From positions 6,728 to 70,727 of the IMG/VR virus record IMGVR_UViG_3300006467_000491: DNA of 64,000 nucleotides; one strand, written 5' to 3'. Numbering within the stretch: position 1 is the stretch's first letter; each line of letters starts with the position of its first letter. Below the pieces are notes generated by a model. The model did no database searches and was not told where the DNA came from. It saw only the letters and a list, made by a program, of their open reading frames with translations. Position numbers and translations under genes: made by a program. This stretch comes from a virus. Lineage: Duplodnaviria; Caudoviricetes. Below are positions 40,273-49,980 of this stretch, one piece after another.

Positions 40273-40318
40273 GAAAAGGCGACGCAGGATCGCTCACCAG
40301 AAACGCCCTGCGCCGCCT
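40273..40318 (-). terminator. Intrinsic terminator after the capsid/decoration genes
   Basis: 12-bp stem AGGCGGCGCAGG/CCTGCGTCGCCT (one G-U) followed by TTT. Confidence 0.75.
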
Positions 40319-40337
40319 GAAAACACAAGCCAAGCTA

Positions 40338-41195
40338 TCAGAGCAGCTGGGCACATCTCCACCAGTCCATGTAGGCGTAGTTCGCCGTTCCGCCGGTGTC
40401 AGCGAACTGGGCGAACACCGGGCCCATGTTGCTCGCGTCAAGGTGAGTCAGTGCGGCCCATGTCGCCTTTGACACGGGAGATCCGCCTTTAACACCATTG
40501 ACGAAGAACTCCAAACAACTTGATCCACGTGCTGGATCGAACGTAAACCCGACTTTCACCCAGGTGTTAGCGGCAATCGCGCCAAGGCCTGTTTCGGCAT
40601 GGGTGTAAGTTGCTGCTTCGTCTGTGTACGAAGCGTTCAGGACGCCAAGACCGTCTTCCAGCCGGGTAATACCAGCCAAAGCGACGGCTGTTCCAGTCGC
40701 ATCAGCATCAGCCAAGGGAATCGCAGCCCCAAACGTCACATCTCCGACGTTGCCAAGACCACAGAAGATGTGGGTCATGTTCGTCGCGATTGACGTTGTC
40801 GCAATTCGGGCCTCGAACCACAGTTTCTTTGCTGTCGTTGCGAGCGAAAACGGAGCCTGCGCTGTTCCAATCACAGCCTGATCACCAGCCGTGTCACACA
40901 GCATCGAAATGGCACCGCCTGCTTGAGTACCGCCTGACGCATGTGGCATTGAGTCTCGGATCACGGTGCCAGCGGTCGTGGCGTAGACCTTGTAGCCATC
41001 GCCAAAACCAATCTCCGTCGTCTGAGTCCCGGCGGCGAGCGGAAAGCGAAGGAAGTCGTCAAAGAAGGTGATCCCGTCTTTCACGCCAGCCTGAATTTCA
41101 AGCCACGGACAATCAGCCCAGATGCTCGGACTGTTCCCGCGGCCGGTATTGGAGAGCCCAGAGTTCTGGGAACCCTTGTATTGTGTCACGTTCAT
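40338..41195 (-). CDS. Minor capsid/decoration protein (ConA/LamG-like fold)
   Basis: FFDDF...LWFEARI...VGFTFD...FFVNG pattern; follows the major capsid gene. Confidence 0.6.
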   Translation of the reverse strand: MNVTQYKGSQNSGLSNTGRGNSPSIWADCPWLEIQAGVKDGITFFDDFLRFPLAAGTQTTEIGFGDGYKVYATTAGTVIRDSMPHASGGTQAGGAISMLCDTAGDQAVIGTAQAPFSLATTAKKLWFEARIATTSIATNMTHIFCGLGNVGDVTFGAAIPLADADATGTAVALAGITRLEDGLGVLNASYTDEAATYTHAETGLGAIAANTWVKVGFTFDPARGSSCLEFFVNGVKGGSPVSKATWAALTHLDASNMGPVFAQFADTGGTANYAYMDWWRCAQLL

Positions 41196-41394
41196 CGTAC
41201 TTGCCTTTCAAGGTTGCCACCAAACCCCTCTGGTGGTCATTCGTTGCCTTGCGAGCAACTGGGGTCCGCCCCCGGCAGCGGCACTCCTTCCCGATCACGC
41301 GACCGGGCCGGGAATCGAATTACCAAAACAGCGGGGGAGGCGGCACGCCTGGAGCACGGTCAGAACGTGCCACCCCTCCCAAGGTGCTTCATAC

Positions 41395-41423
41395 TTGCAA
41401 CACAACATGTTGCTGTGTATCTT
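41395..41423 (+). promoter_or_regulatory. sigma70-like promoter for the HNH gene
   Basis: TTGCAA-17 nt-TATCTT; the spacer contains the palindrome CAACATGTTG. Confidence 0.5.
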
Positions 41424-41465
41424 CGTGCGGCCAGTCAAACACCCTCTTTCCAACGAAGACATCAA

Positions 41466-42320
41466 ATGGCGCGCACGAAAAAGTTCAAAGATCTCACTGG
41501 GGAGCGTTTCGGACGGTACACCGTCCTCTCCCATGTCATTGGTCAATACTGGCTCTGCCGGTGTGACTGCGGCGTCGAAAAGAAACTGTTCAGCCCAAAC
41601 TTCACCAAGAGCAAATCGCCCATGTGCCGCGAATGCTCCGACAAAGAACGAATCGTAGACCTGACCGGCCAGCGTTTCGGAAAGTGGACTGTCCTGAAAC
41701 TCGATAGCAAGAGAAAGTGGCTCTGCCGTTGTGACTGCGGAGCTGAACACATCGTCGATCGAGGAAACTTGCAGCAAGGCTCTTCGACTCAATGCACCGC
41801 GTGCTACCACACCAACCGGCCAACGAAACATGGCCACTCCACGAAAGGGCAGTGGTCGCCAACCTACCAAACATGGGTGAGCATCAAACAGCGATGCCTT
41901 AACCCCAACCATGGTGTCTACCATCACTACGGAGACGCCGGAATTCGCATGTGCCAAGGATGGCAAGACTCCTTCCCCCTGTTCCTCGAACTCATGGGAG
42001 AACGAACCAGCCAGCATCTGTCCATCGACCGCGCGGACACTGACGAATCGACTCGCCACTATTCCTGCGGCCAGTGCGATGAATGCAAAGAGAATGGATG
42101 GGTGTTTCATTGCCGATGGGCCACAAAGTCTGAACAGTCAAAAAACCGGATCGTTCCAGCCAGGAATTTTTACACCCACAACGGGAAAACAATGAGCCTG
42201 AAAGAGTGGTCTGAAGAACTCAACATACCACTATCAACCCTGTCAAACCGGATGTCCGTTTACAAATGGTCTGTTGAAAAAACACTCTCCACCCCTCGTC
42301 GCAAATACAACAAGGGGTGA
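41466..42320 (+). CDS. Free-standing HNH-type homing endonuclease with duplicated Cys-rich N-terminal repeats
   Basis: True start MARTKK at 41466; two DLTGxRFGxxTVL...WLCRCDCG repeats; TYQTWVSIKQRC, SIDR...CRWATKSEQSKNR; C-terminal HTH (SLKEWSEELNIP). Confidence 0.85.
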   Translation: MARTKKFKDLTGERFGRYTVLSHVIGQYWLCRCDCGVEKKLFSPNFTKSKSPMCRECSDKERIVDLTGQRFGKWTVLKLDSKRKWLCRCDCGAEHIVDRGNLQQGSSTQCTACYHTNRPTKHGHSTKGQWSPTYQTWVSIKQRCLNPNHGVYHHYGDAGIRMCQGWQDSFPLFLELMGERTSQHLSIDRADTDESTRHYSCGQCDECKENGWVFHCRWATKSEQSKNRIVPARNFYTHNGKTMSLKEWSEELNIPLSTLSNRMSVYKWSVEKTLSTPRRKYNKG

Positions 42321-42337
42321 AGAGAGTGATGGAAATA

Positions 42338-43438
42338 TCACTTGCCGAAGACAGCGCATCGACGCCTATTCGTGCATATGATATTATAAGTTAAATCCAA
42401 GAAGACCCGAAACATGTTGTGCTGATTCGGAGCCACAACAGGCCCGGTCTCACGGAGGTAATCCCCCTTGAGGCAGTACGGATAGAACACGCCGTGATCA
42501 ACCTGATAAACCGGACTGGTCGCGGCAGTGAACACGTCCGTGTCGTCCAGCTGGGGGACGTACACAATTGGGTTCTTCTTGAACGTCAGAGTCCCGTCCA
42601 CTTCCTGAACCCCGCCATTGCCTGCACCGGCAGTGTACGGAGCCAGATCGCGACCGAGGTTCTCGTTCTGAGCCTCGCCGACGTTTTCAAAGTCGGAACA
42701 GGTCTGCTCGTCGCAGTAGTAGCGACGGTCATTCCCGCGCGGGGTCGACATGTCTTCCTTCGTCACGGGGCTGCGGAAGTTGGTTTTCCGCAAGGCCGTT
42801 CGCATCTTCGGAAGCAAGTCCTGCTTACTGACACTGACGTAATTCGCGGTGTAGTTCTTGAACTTCGGCGAATCGGTCAGACTGAGACCAGCGATGGACG
42901 TGTGAGCAACGGCGTCTGGCCCGGTGGGATATCCACCGTTGAATCCAGTCGTGGCGTTGTAGACGATCCAGTACGGCAGGCCGTACGGGTTCAGCTTGTC
43001 AGTGGAGTTCGGCACCTGCCACGCCTTCTGCTCCAGCTCTTCAGCCAGATCAATCATGGCAGCATGGCGTCGCGGCTTGACGGTGTCGTTGATGGACGAC
43101 TTCCCGCGGTTCATCAGAATGTCAGTCTGGTAGTGGTATCCCCACTTCGACTGAGCGTGACGCCACGGCACAGTGATGTCATCCATCAGGTCCGGGATGT
43201 CAACGTCATCCGTGTCTGTCATTCCCGTATGGGATGCAGCTCCGGACAGCGAAGACAGCAGGTTTTTCCGGATGGCGATACCATCACCGAAGACGATCTT
43301 GTCGTCTTTCAGCCAATGGCTCATCATCTCGTAATCCTGCAGGTTCTGGGCAATTTGCTCCCAGTTCATGCGGTCCAGATCTGGCAGAATACTTGCTACC
43401 AGATCCGCAACGTCTTGAGGAGTAACGGCGCCGGACAT
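42338..43438 (-). CDS. Major capsid protein
   Basis: 366 aa, directly after a scaffold-like gene and before the decoration gene and terminator. Confidence 0.8.
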   Translation of the reverse strand: MSGAVTPQDVADLVASILPDLDRMNWEQIAQNLQDYEMMSHWLKDDKIVFGDGIAIRKNLLSSLSGAASHTGMTDTDDVDIPDLMDDITVPWRHAQSKWGYHYQTDILMNRGKSSINDTVKPRRHAAMIDLAEELEQKAWQVPNSTDKLNPYGLPYWIVYNATTGFNGGYPTGPDAVAHTSIAGLSLTDSPKFKNYTANYVSVSKQDLLPKMRTALRKTNFRSPVTKEDMSTPRGNDRRYYCDEQTCSDFENVGEAQNENLGRDLAPYTAGAGNGGVQEVDGTLTFKKNPIVYVPQLDDTDVFTAATSPVYQVDHGVFYPYCLKGDYLRETGPVVAPNQHNMFRVFLDLTYNIICTNRRRCAVFGK

Positions 43439-43471
43439 GATTGTCGGCCCTTTCTATGAAGACGAGACCGA

Positions 43472-44500
43472 TCAGGAATGCTCTCGCCAGAATGCCTCTT
43501 CTTTCGCCAACGCACTGGCCGAACCCGTGAGGGGCTTTTCCCCACCAGATCGCGGACGTGACAGGGCTTGAGAACCGGCGTTCTTGATTTGGTTCTTGAT
43601 CGAGTTTCGTGCGATTTTTTGAGTCTTGTCGTAAAATGCGGCCTGTACCGCACTTTTGATCAGTTCTGAGTCAGGAGGAACCTGCTCACCACTCGCCTCG
43701 TATCCGCGACGAAGGATGGACATCATCGCGTAGGCTTTCCCGCGGTTTCGAAATGCGTCCGGCTGCGATTCTTTCAAATCCTCAGCACTGCCCTTGCCGA
43801 ACAACGAGACGTAATCAGTCATGTCGTTCAGCGCAGAATCGAACTTTGCAATGTGAGCCTGAGCGGCACGCACTCGCTCCGCTTCCTTCAACTGCTTGAC
43901 TTCTGCCTCCGCCGCAGCCGCGCGTTGCCAGTTACTTTTCTGCAGGGCAATGATGTCCGGATCGTGACCGTCCTCAATCAGCTGATCCCAATCGGGTTCG
44001 TTTGACTGTTCTTCGGCCGTCTCCCCGGCGGACTCACCGTTCGCCGATTTACCCTGCATCCGAGTCTGCAACTTCTCGACACGCACAACGGCCCGCTCAA
44101 ACGCCTTCGCGTCCGTCAGGTCTTTCACGTCATCGAGTTCGAAGCCGACAGCGATTGCTCGATCCAGCAGTTCATCGCTGATTTCATCATCAGCGGAATC
44201 AGTGGCGGCATCGCCTTCACCAGTCGGAGTTTCTTCCGACTCCTCAGTGCTTCCGTCGGTTTCGTCGCCTCCAGCGTCGTCACTGACTTCAGAACTGGCA
44301 TCGCCCGATGATTCCTCACCGGACGGTTTCCCCTTTGTGTTCTCGGCCCGCAGTGCCGCCAGCTCGTCTTCAGCTGGCTCAATTGTTTCGTAGCCCGGGT
44401 CCGTCACGCCATAACCAGACGTGGATTCGGTAGCCGTCCCGGTTGTTGCCGCATCCGAAACGGTTTCTTCTGTCGAAGTGCTTTCAACGTCAGTGCTCAT
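43472..44500 (-). CDS. Scaffold protein
   Basis: Start refined to ATG 44500 (MSTDVES); highly acidic disordered N-half, coiled-coil centre. Confidence 0.7.
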   Translation of the reverse strand: MSTDVESTSTEETVSDAATTGTATESTSGYGVTDPGYETIEPAEDELAALRAENTKGKPSGEESSGDASSEVSDDAGGDETDGSTEESEETPTGEGDAATDSADDEISDELLDRAIAVGFELDDVKDLTDAKAFERAVVRVEKLQTRMQGKSANGESAGETAEEQSNEPDWDQLIEDGHDPDIIALQKSNWQRAAAAEAEVKQLKEAERVRAAQAHIAKFDSALNDMTDYVSLFGKGSAEDLKESQPDAFRNRGKAYAMMSILRRGYEASGEQVPPDSELIKSAVQAAFYDKTQKIARNSIKNQIKNAGSQALSRPRSGGEKPLTGSASALAKEEAFWREHS

Positions 44501-44516
44501 TTCACAGTCCTCAACG

Positions 44517-44556
44517 AAAAAAGGGGGACGCACGAACGAGTCGCGCATCCCCCTTT
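44517..44556 (-). terminator. Terminator/attenuator-like hairpin just upstream of the scaffold gene
   Basis: Minus strand AAAGGGGGATGCGC...GTGCGTCCCCCTTTTTT. Confidence 0.6.
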
Positions 44557-44654
44557 ATGGACTGCGAAGTAAAGGCTTCTCTCGGGTAGCTACTCCCGAT
44601 TCTGCCCTGAGTTGGATCACGACAGTGGCCGCGATCCCCCTTGTTTCAACTCAA

Positions 44655-44683
44655 ACGGTATTGCAACGCACAATACCTGTCAA
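44655..44683 (-). promoter_or_regulatory. sigma70-like promoter with an overlapping palindromic operator
   Basis: Minus strand TTGACA-17 nt-TACCGT; inverted repeat GGTATTG-N7-CAATACC at 44657-44677. Confidence 0.65.
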
Positions 44684-44690
44684 ACCCCAA

Positions 44691-45098
44691 TTACCGATAC
44701 CGCCGCACGTTTGCCGTTCTGTGCTTCGGTGCCGGATCGGAATATCCGCCATTTCGATCGAACAGACCGAGCGCTTCACACACTTTTCTTCGCTGCGTCT
44801 TGTCCTCGAAAATCACCTGCCCGTCCTTGGTATGGTTCACCTGGCCACACCCCATTGCCCGAAGGTGCTCCATGTGATCTTTGATCTGACTGGGGTGAAC
44901 CCCGACGAAATCGCAGACCATCGGATAGTTGGCCGGGACAGACCGCATCTTGTTGTGCTGCTGCCACTCATAAACGGCCTCGCGCCCATCATCGAGCGTG
45001 ATCTTGCCGTCGATTACTCGCTTTTCGAACTCGGCCATCGACAGGAAGACTTCAACCACTTCGTTGTCGGCCGGGACCGTGAATTCATACATCGGCAT
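44691..45098 (-). CDS. Protein with FmdB-like N-terminus (MPMYEF), lacking the zinc-ribbon CxxC
   Basis: Start refined to 45098; such genes are common between portal and scaffold. Confidence 0.5.
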   Translation of the reverse strand: MPMYEFTVPADNEVVEVFLSMAEFEKRVIDGKITLDDGREAVYEWQQHNKMRSVPANYPMVCDFVGVHPSQIKDHMEHLRAMGCGQVNHTKDGQVIFEDKTQRRKVCEALGLFDRNGGYSDPAPKHRTANVRRYR

Positions 45099-45342
45099 TG
45101 TCACTGCCCTCCAAACCCTCAAGGACAAACTTAGCTGCACGCTGCTCACCGGGGACATCGAATCGCTGCGTAACAATGGTCTGATCCATGTTATAGGGAC
45201 GCGGTTTCACACGAATCAGGATCTCCCGTCCATCCATCAGCATATAAGATAGCTGACCAGTGCAGCTCTCGTTTCTCTGCAAAAAACCGATCAGATCAGT
45301 GAGGATACCTGCCGCCATTGGCTCTCTTGAAAGATCACTCAT
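45085..45342 (-). CDS. Hypothetical protein
   Basis: 77-85 aa, coupled to the portal stop. Confidence 0.5.
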   Translation of the reverse strand: MSDLSREPMAAGILTDLIGFLQRNESCTGQLSYMLMDGREILIRVKPRPYNMDQTIVTQRFDVPGEQRAAKFVLEGLEGSDNADV

Positions 45343-47084
45343 CCCTCTCCCCCAGCGCCCGCAAGAGCCATCATTTCACGCTGCTGATCCATTCCGCGAT
45401 CGCTCATCCCGTGGCTGACGTTCTCCCGGGTATATTGTCCGTTCGGCTTATCCGGCCGGGGACCGCCCCCGCCGGCCAGCTGCTCTCGTGGGTCCATGGC
45501 TTCCTGCGTCATCTTCACGATTTCTCGCAGTTCCGGGAGGTCGTAATACTTCGCCAGCTTCGAAAGGTACGTGTAAACGTCCGGCTGAACACCCAACTGA
45601 ATTGCCGGAAGAATGTCCTCTCGCCAAATCTGACGCAGCAAGGACGCCCGTTCCCCGGGAGAAATCTCGGTCATCGAATACGGCTGAATCGCGATGTCGT
45701 ACTCGTGGTAACTGCCGCGGCGAACATCCTCCTCCTCACCGTATCCGTTGTCGCGGTACGGCCACTTCACCGGCAGTTTCATGTCGGTGCCAGTGATTTC
45801 GACGGTCAGGTCGTAGTCGACGGTCGGGTGGTGATGCAGATAGAACGCGATGTCTCGGAGCACACCCTGAGTGGCGGTCAATAACACGCCCTGCATCGAG
45901 CCGATCCGCACATTGGATGCTTGTCGGATCATCTTCTCCTGCCCCAGCGTCTGCGCAGAGGCACCGAGACCCATCTGTGCGGACAGATTTCCCATCACGA
46001 AATCGGCCATGGATCGCACGTTGAGCGCGAAACCAAGTGTTTGCTGGTTCACGCCGCCAAAACTGGCCTCTTTGAACGAATTCGGGCTCCCAACCGCAAT
46101 CACATCGCCATCGCTGGTCTTAATGATGTTCTGGCCGTCCTGAACTGCCGCATTGTCGCAAATCCCGATCGTCTTCTGCCGAGATGCCTGTCGGCCGAGC
46201 TTCGAATACAGCTTGTTCTCGAGGTCATCCAGATCAATCCAGTTGGCGATCGGCGGCAACGGCATGATGTTGTTCAAAACGGGATTGAACCCGACAAGAT
46301 GGTACGGGCCACGCGCCGGGCCTCGCCATTTCACCGTTTTCAGCGGCTGATCGCCGTCACGTGAAAACTTAACCAGCTCATTCGTCTGGGGGACGAATAT
46401 CTGCCAGATCTCGGCCATTTCCTCGAATGCTTCGCCCTGCCCGACGCTGCCGGATTGCTTGGAAATGGACGCCGATTCATCCCGGCCGGGCTTTTCCATT
46501 GGCTTCAGGGACTCTCGAGCCGACTTATTGAACGATTTGTCCTTCTTCGCTTCTTCCAGATTCACACGGAACTTGTGCCCCCAGAACCCGACCTGCCTGC
46601 GGTCCCACTTCTTCGCGGTTGTGTCGAACACGAAGTCATCGAACATGATCGTCTCGACGAAAACCTCCGTTACCGGCAGTGGCTCGCCGTCAACTTCCGG
46701 AGAATCGACGATGTTCAGGCCGACCTCCATGATCCCAATGGAAAAGATCGCCGACAGCACCCACAAGCGGTGCTCCTCCTCGAATCGCATCCGTTTCAGG
46801 GCTTCGTTTAAAGCCAGCTCCATCTCAATTGCTGATGAAGCAAGTTCCGGCTTGTGTGTCGTGCATAGAACCTGTGGCGCACGGGAGGACAGCTGTTGCA
46901 GCAGCGACTCGACCGAGAGCTGCAGCATGTTAATCGGCCGCTCGTCGACGGTGCCTTTGCCGTAATGAGGGCCGGTGTACGACTTCAGGGCGTTAGAAAG
47001 CTCTTCTCGGAACGGCTCAAGGTGCTTGCGGCATGGGTCGATTGCGTTTTTCAGGGCAATGAATCGTTTCTGATCCATGGTCAA
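45339..47084 (-). CDS. Portal protein (podovirus-like)
   Basis: 581 aa, directly downstream of the terminase; helical N-terminus with FDDFVFD and GSAQT-like wing/clip segments. Confidence 0.85.
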   Translation of the reverse strand: MTMDQKRFIALKNAIDPCRKHLEPFREELSNALKSYTGPHYGKGTVDERPINMLQLSVESLLQQLSSRAPQVLCTTHKPELASSAIEMELALNEALKRMRFEEEHRLWVLSAIFSIGIMEVGLNIVDSPEVDGEPLPVTEVFVETIMFDDFVFDTTAKKWDRRQVGFWGHKFRVNLEEAKKDKSFNKSARESLKPMEKPGRDESASISKQSGSVGQGEAFEEMAEIWQIFVPQTNELVKFSRDGDQPLKTVKWRGPARGPYHLVGFNPVLNNIMPLPPIANWIDLDDLENKLYSKLGRQASRQKTIGICDNAAVQDGQNIIKTSDGDVIAVGSPNSFKEASFGGVNQQTLGFALNVRSMADFVMGNLSAQMGLGASAQTLGQEKMIRQASNVRIGSMQGVLLTATQGVLRDIAFYLHHHPTVDYDLTVEITGTDMKLPVKWPYRDNGYGEEEDVRRGSYHEYDIAIQPYSMTEISPGERASLLRQIWREDILPAIQLGVQPDVYTYLSKLAKYYDLPELREIVKMTQEAMDPREQLAGGGGPRPDKPNGQYTRENVSHGMSDRGMDQQREMMALAGAGGEG

Positions 47085-49135
47085 TACTCCGGACTCCAGT
47101 AGGACTTTTTGTTTCTCTGCTGCAGCGCTCGCTCATATTGCTGTCGCCGCCACAGGAAAGACTGGTACGGTGCTTCCGATTTCACCTCTTCCTCTGGTGT
47201 GATCGGAATTTCGTCAATCCCATACGCCGCACAGCCCAGCGCGATTGCCGCATCACCGTGAGCCAACCCCTTGCCCGCACCGTCGTCTGTTGCCTGTTCC
47301 GCGGAGTGAACCAGTTTGCCATTCTTCAGGAAATAGCGACTGCACTCGTTCAACGCTATTTCTGAATTCGGGTGAACCCGGGCGTTCCGGATCTGTGATT
47401 CGAGGTTCTTCAAAAGTTCAATTCCGCGATCCGCGTTGATATATCCTACTCTTTCTGTCGCTTCACGGTATGCCACATTTGGTTTCACCCGTCGATAAAT
47501 GTTCCCGTACTTCAAATCCCGAGTCACCTTATTGATGAAGAGCTGACCCAGCGGGCCGTTGATTTCCGGGACCAGATACGCCTGATGGAACCACTTCATC
47601 ACCCACACGCACAAGTCGCCGAACTGGATCGGGTCCATGCGGTTTGTTCGGAACTCGAAAACCTGCTCCCCCGTCTTCTTGTTCAGTCCCTCCAGCGCCG
47701 AATAACTCGACCACTCCCCGCCCGTGCCGGCCGAAATGTCTGCTCCAAACACGTACTCCGCCTCCGGTGGCATCACACCGTCTGGCCCCTCGACCAGATC
47801 CATCCACAAGTTGACATGCCCGCCGACAGCCAGTGGCTCAAATTTCCAGCCAGCGTTGTCGCCCAACACATGAACGAAATCACCCACTTTTAACGGCTTT
47901 TTCGCCCTCTCGATCGCTCGTTGCAGCAATTGCGGGTTGAAAATCTGGGCTGTCGCGCCGCCGAAGTTGCGATCCAGTTCTGCCGCGACTGATTGCGGAG
48001 TTGATCCCGGCCGATGCCAGACGTGGTCGTAATAGAGCGACCTGATCCTGTCGTCCAGAATGAACGGGTAGTTGATTGCCCCTTCCGGAAGAGCCTGACC
48101 CTTCGGGAGATTCTTCTTCACTTGATCCGGAAACGGGTGGCGATACGTGCCGTCACCATTGTCGTACTCGTCCCAGAACTCGTGATCGTCGATGACCAGC
48201 TGGTACGTCTCTGTCCCGTCGATCAGCTCCGCGTGATACAGACCGCGGGCTTTGTCCGGATCGTCCTTCCAGTCAATGACGATCAACGCTCCGTTTTTCG
48301 TCGCGTCCGAGACCACGTCGTAGAACGCACCGGCCATACCGCGATCGCGATTGGCGGTCGACACGAACACTCGGCAGGGAGTCACGTGGACGGTGGAGTC
48401 GAGGGCCGCGTAGTCATCACCCTGCTCGAAGAAATGGAACTCGTCCATCAGCATCCATGCTTTACGACCACCACGGCCGATATCGGCTTTGGCCGCGTAA
48501 GCAGTCAGCGAAGACTTGTTCCGCAAGTTTCGGAAGGTGTTCTTCGTGATGTTCCGCTCGTAGTCCGTCGGAGCCAGCATCCAGTACGGAAGGTGCTCCA
48601 ACAGGAAGTGGAACTTCGAAAACAGGGCGTCGGGGTCGTCGGGGTTGTTCGCCGACAGCAAGTCTTTCGACACAAACCCGATGTGCGTCTGGTCATGGAA
48701 AATCCAGTCCCACGCGGCCAATGCGCCGCCGATCATCCATGAAATCCCGGTTTCGCGGCTCTTTGGGATCACGATGTCCTGCCGCCCGAGGAACTGCAGA
48801 GCGTCTAGGATTAGTGTGTCCTGGTACCCTCGCGTAATGAACGGGATCACTTTGTTCGTCCCGTAACGGTCAACGGTGTCCCAGTCCTGTTTGCCGCGAG
48901 TCTCCAGCAGGTACGCGAACGTGTTCAGGAAAAACAGCGGGTCGCGAGAACAGATCATCCAGAGTTCGTGAGCTGCGTCCGGTTTCTCGTAGCCGATGTC
49001 CACGCACGTCTGGCGAAACTTCATGTTCAGCCACGGATTTTTCAGCGACAAAGACGAGTACATCGCCACGTCGCGATCAGGAACCCCGAGCAGGGTCAGC
49101 GCCCTCAGCGCTTCGTCAATGGACTTCTGAATCAC
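47081..49135 (-). CDS. terL: Terminase large subunit
   Basis: IPKSRETGISW (Walker A variant), MDEFHF (Walker B), nuclease motifs FGADISAGTG and HGDAAIALG. Confidence 0.9.
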   Translation of the reverse strand: MIQKSIDEALRALTLLGVPDRDVAMYSSLSLKNPWLNMKFRQTCVDIGYEKPDAAHELWMICSRDPLFFLNTFAYLLETRGKQDWDTVDRYGTNKVIPFITRGYQDTLILDALQFLGRQDIVIPKSRETGISWMIGGALAAWDWIFHDQTHIGFVSKDLLSANNPDDPDALFSKFHFLLEHLPYWMLAPTDYERNITKNTFRNLRNKSSLTAYAAKADIGRGGRKAWMLMDEFHFFEQGDDYAALDSTVHVTPCRVFVSTANRDRGMAGAFYDVVSDATKNGALIVIDWKDDPDKARGLYHAELIDGTETYQLVIDDHEFWDEYDNGDGTYRHPFPDQVKKNLPKGQALPEGAINYPFILDDRIRSLYYDHVWHRPGSTPQSVAAELDRNFGGATAQIFNPQLLQRAIERAKKPLKVGDFVHVLGDNAGWKFEPLAVGGHVNLWMDLVEGPDGVMPPEAEYVFGADISAGTGGEWSSYSALEGLNKKTGEQVFEFRTNRMDPIQFGDLCVWVMKWFHQAYLVPEINGPLGQLFINKVTRDLKYGNIYRRVKPNVAYREATERVGYINADRGIELLKNLESQIRNARVHPNSEIALNECSRYFLKNGKLVHSAEQATDDGAGKGLAHGDAAIALGCAAYGIDEIPITPEEEVKSEAPYQSFLWRRQQYERALQQRNKKSYWSPEY

Positions 49136-49734
49136 AGCGGCTTCTCTTCAAAGTACGCTTTCCATGCCTTTTTCCGCTTCCGGCACGCATCCAGCAGGTC
49201 GTGAGAGCACTTATCCATCAGTTCAAGAGCGATGGCTTCCACGTCCATCTTCAGCTGATTCGCGATTCGTTCAATGACCGCAAACTGCTGCCGCCTGTCA
49301 TCCTCCATCCGCTGGTTCGATATCAGGCCGGCCTGCTTCGCCTTAGCATCCTCGCGTTTCGCGCAGATCTCAAGGAATTTTGTCGGGTTGTCCTGAGCGT
49401 ATTCGTACCAGCGCCACGCCCCGACGCTGGGGGCCATCTTGGGTGTGAGGCTCGGATTACCCGAGTTCTTGTAGGCCCAGTCGATATCGCGATCCGCGTC
49501 GGTTGGATCACCGGCCGTCTTTGTCGCCAGAAACGCCAGTTCGGACGCGATCATCTTTTCGCGATTACCGCCAGCTTCCGCGATCGCCTTCGCCGCAATC
49601 TCCTGCGCTCTCTCGAGCTTCCGCTTTACCTCGCGGTTGGCAACTTCCTTCTTGCGGTTGCGCTTCTTCTTGACCGGCGCCGTCTTCTTCGGCCCGGAAC
49701 TGGCTGTCTTCTTTGGTGGAGTTTCGTCAGTCAT
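49132..49734 (-). CDS. Probable terminase small subunit
   Basis: 200 aa, basic N-terminus, coupled upstream of terL; positional call only. Confidence 0.5.
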   Translation of the reverse strand: MTDETPPKKTASSGPKKTAPVKKKRNRKKEVANREVKRKLERAQEIAAKAIAEAGGNREKMIASELAFLATKTAGDPTDADRDIDWAYKNSGNPSLTPKMAPSVGAWRWYEYAQDNPTKFLEICAKREDAKAKQAGLISNQRMEDDRRQQFAVIERIANQLKMDVEAIALELMDKCSHDLLDACRKRKKAWKAYFEEKPL

Positions 49735-49930
49735 GCCTCACCAAGTAGTCGATCACGAACCCATGCGGACTCGCTTTTCGCGCGTGCCCGTTTCGCGAGT
49801 TTCGCGATTTTCTTGCGCTCCTTCTCCGTAACCCGGACTCGGATAACAACGCCACGGTACTGATCTGGTGGTGATTTGGGTCTTGCCATAGTGGAGAACA
49901 GTATAGCGGGAAGGTTTTCCGTGGCAACAG

Positions 49931-49963
49931 TTTACTTCCGGCGTAAATGTGGGTACATTTACG
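49931..49963 (+). promoter_or_regulatory. Promoter of the recombinase overlapped by a perfect 9-bp inverted repeat (res/att-like)
   Basis: TTTACT-17 nt-TACATT; CGTAAATGT-gggt-ACATTTACG at 49942-49963. Confidence 0.55.
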
Positions 49964-49980
49964 GGAGGAGGTACAGGAAC

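Noticed and set aside
41196-42337. Group I intron carrying the HNH gene
   Set aside because: Flanking genes are complete on both sides, the HNH is antisense, and only 17 nt separate it from the capsid stop.
142-48742. Long plus-strand ORFs such as 142-1035, 23934-24797, 42419-43459 and 48014-48742
   Set aside because: Antisense shadows of well-supported minus-strand genes in GC-rich DNA.
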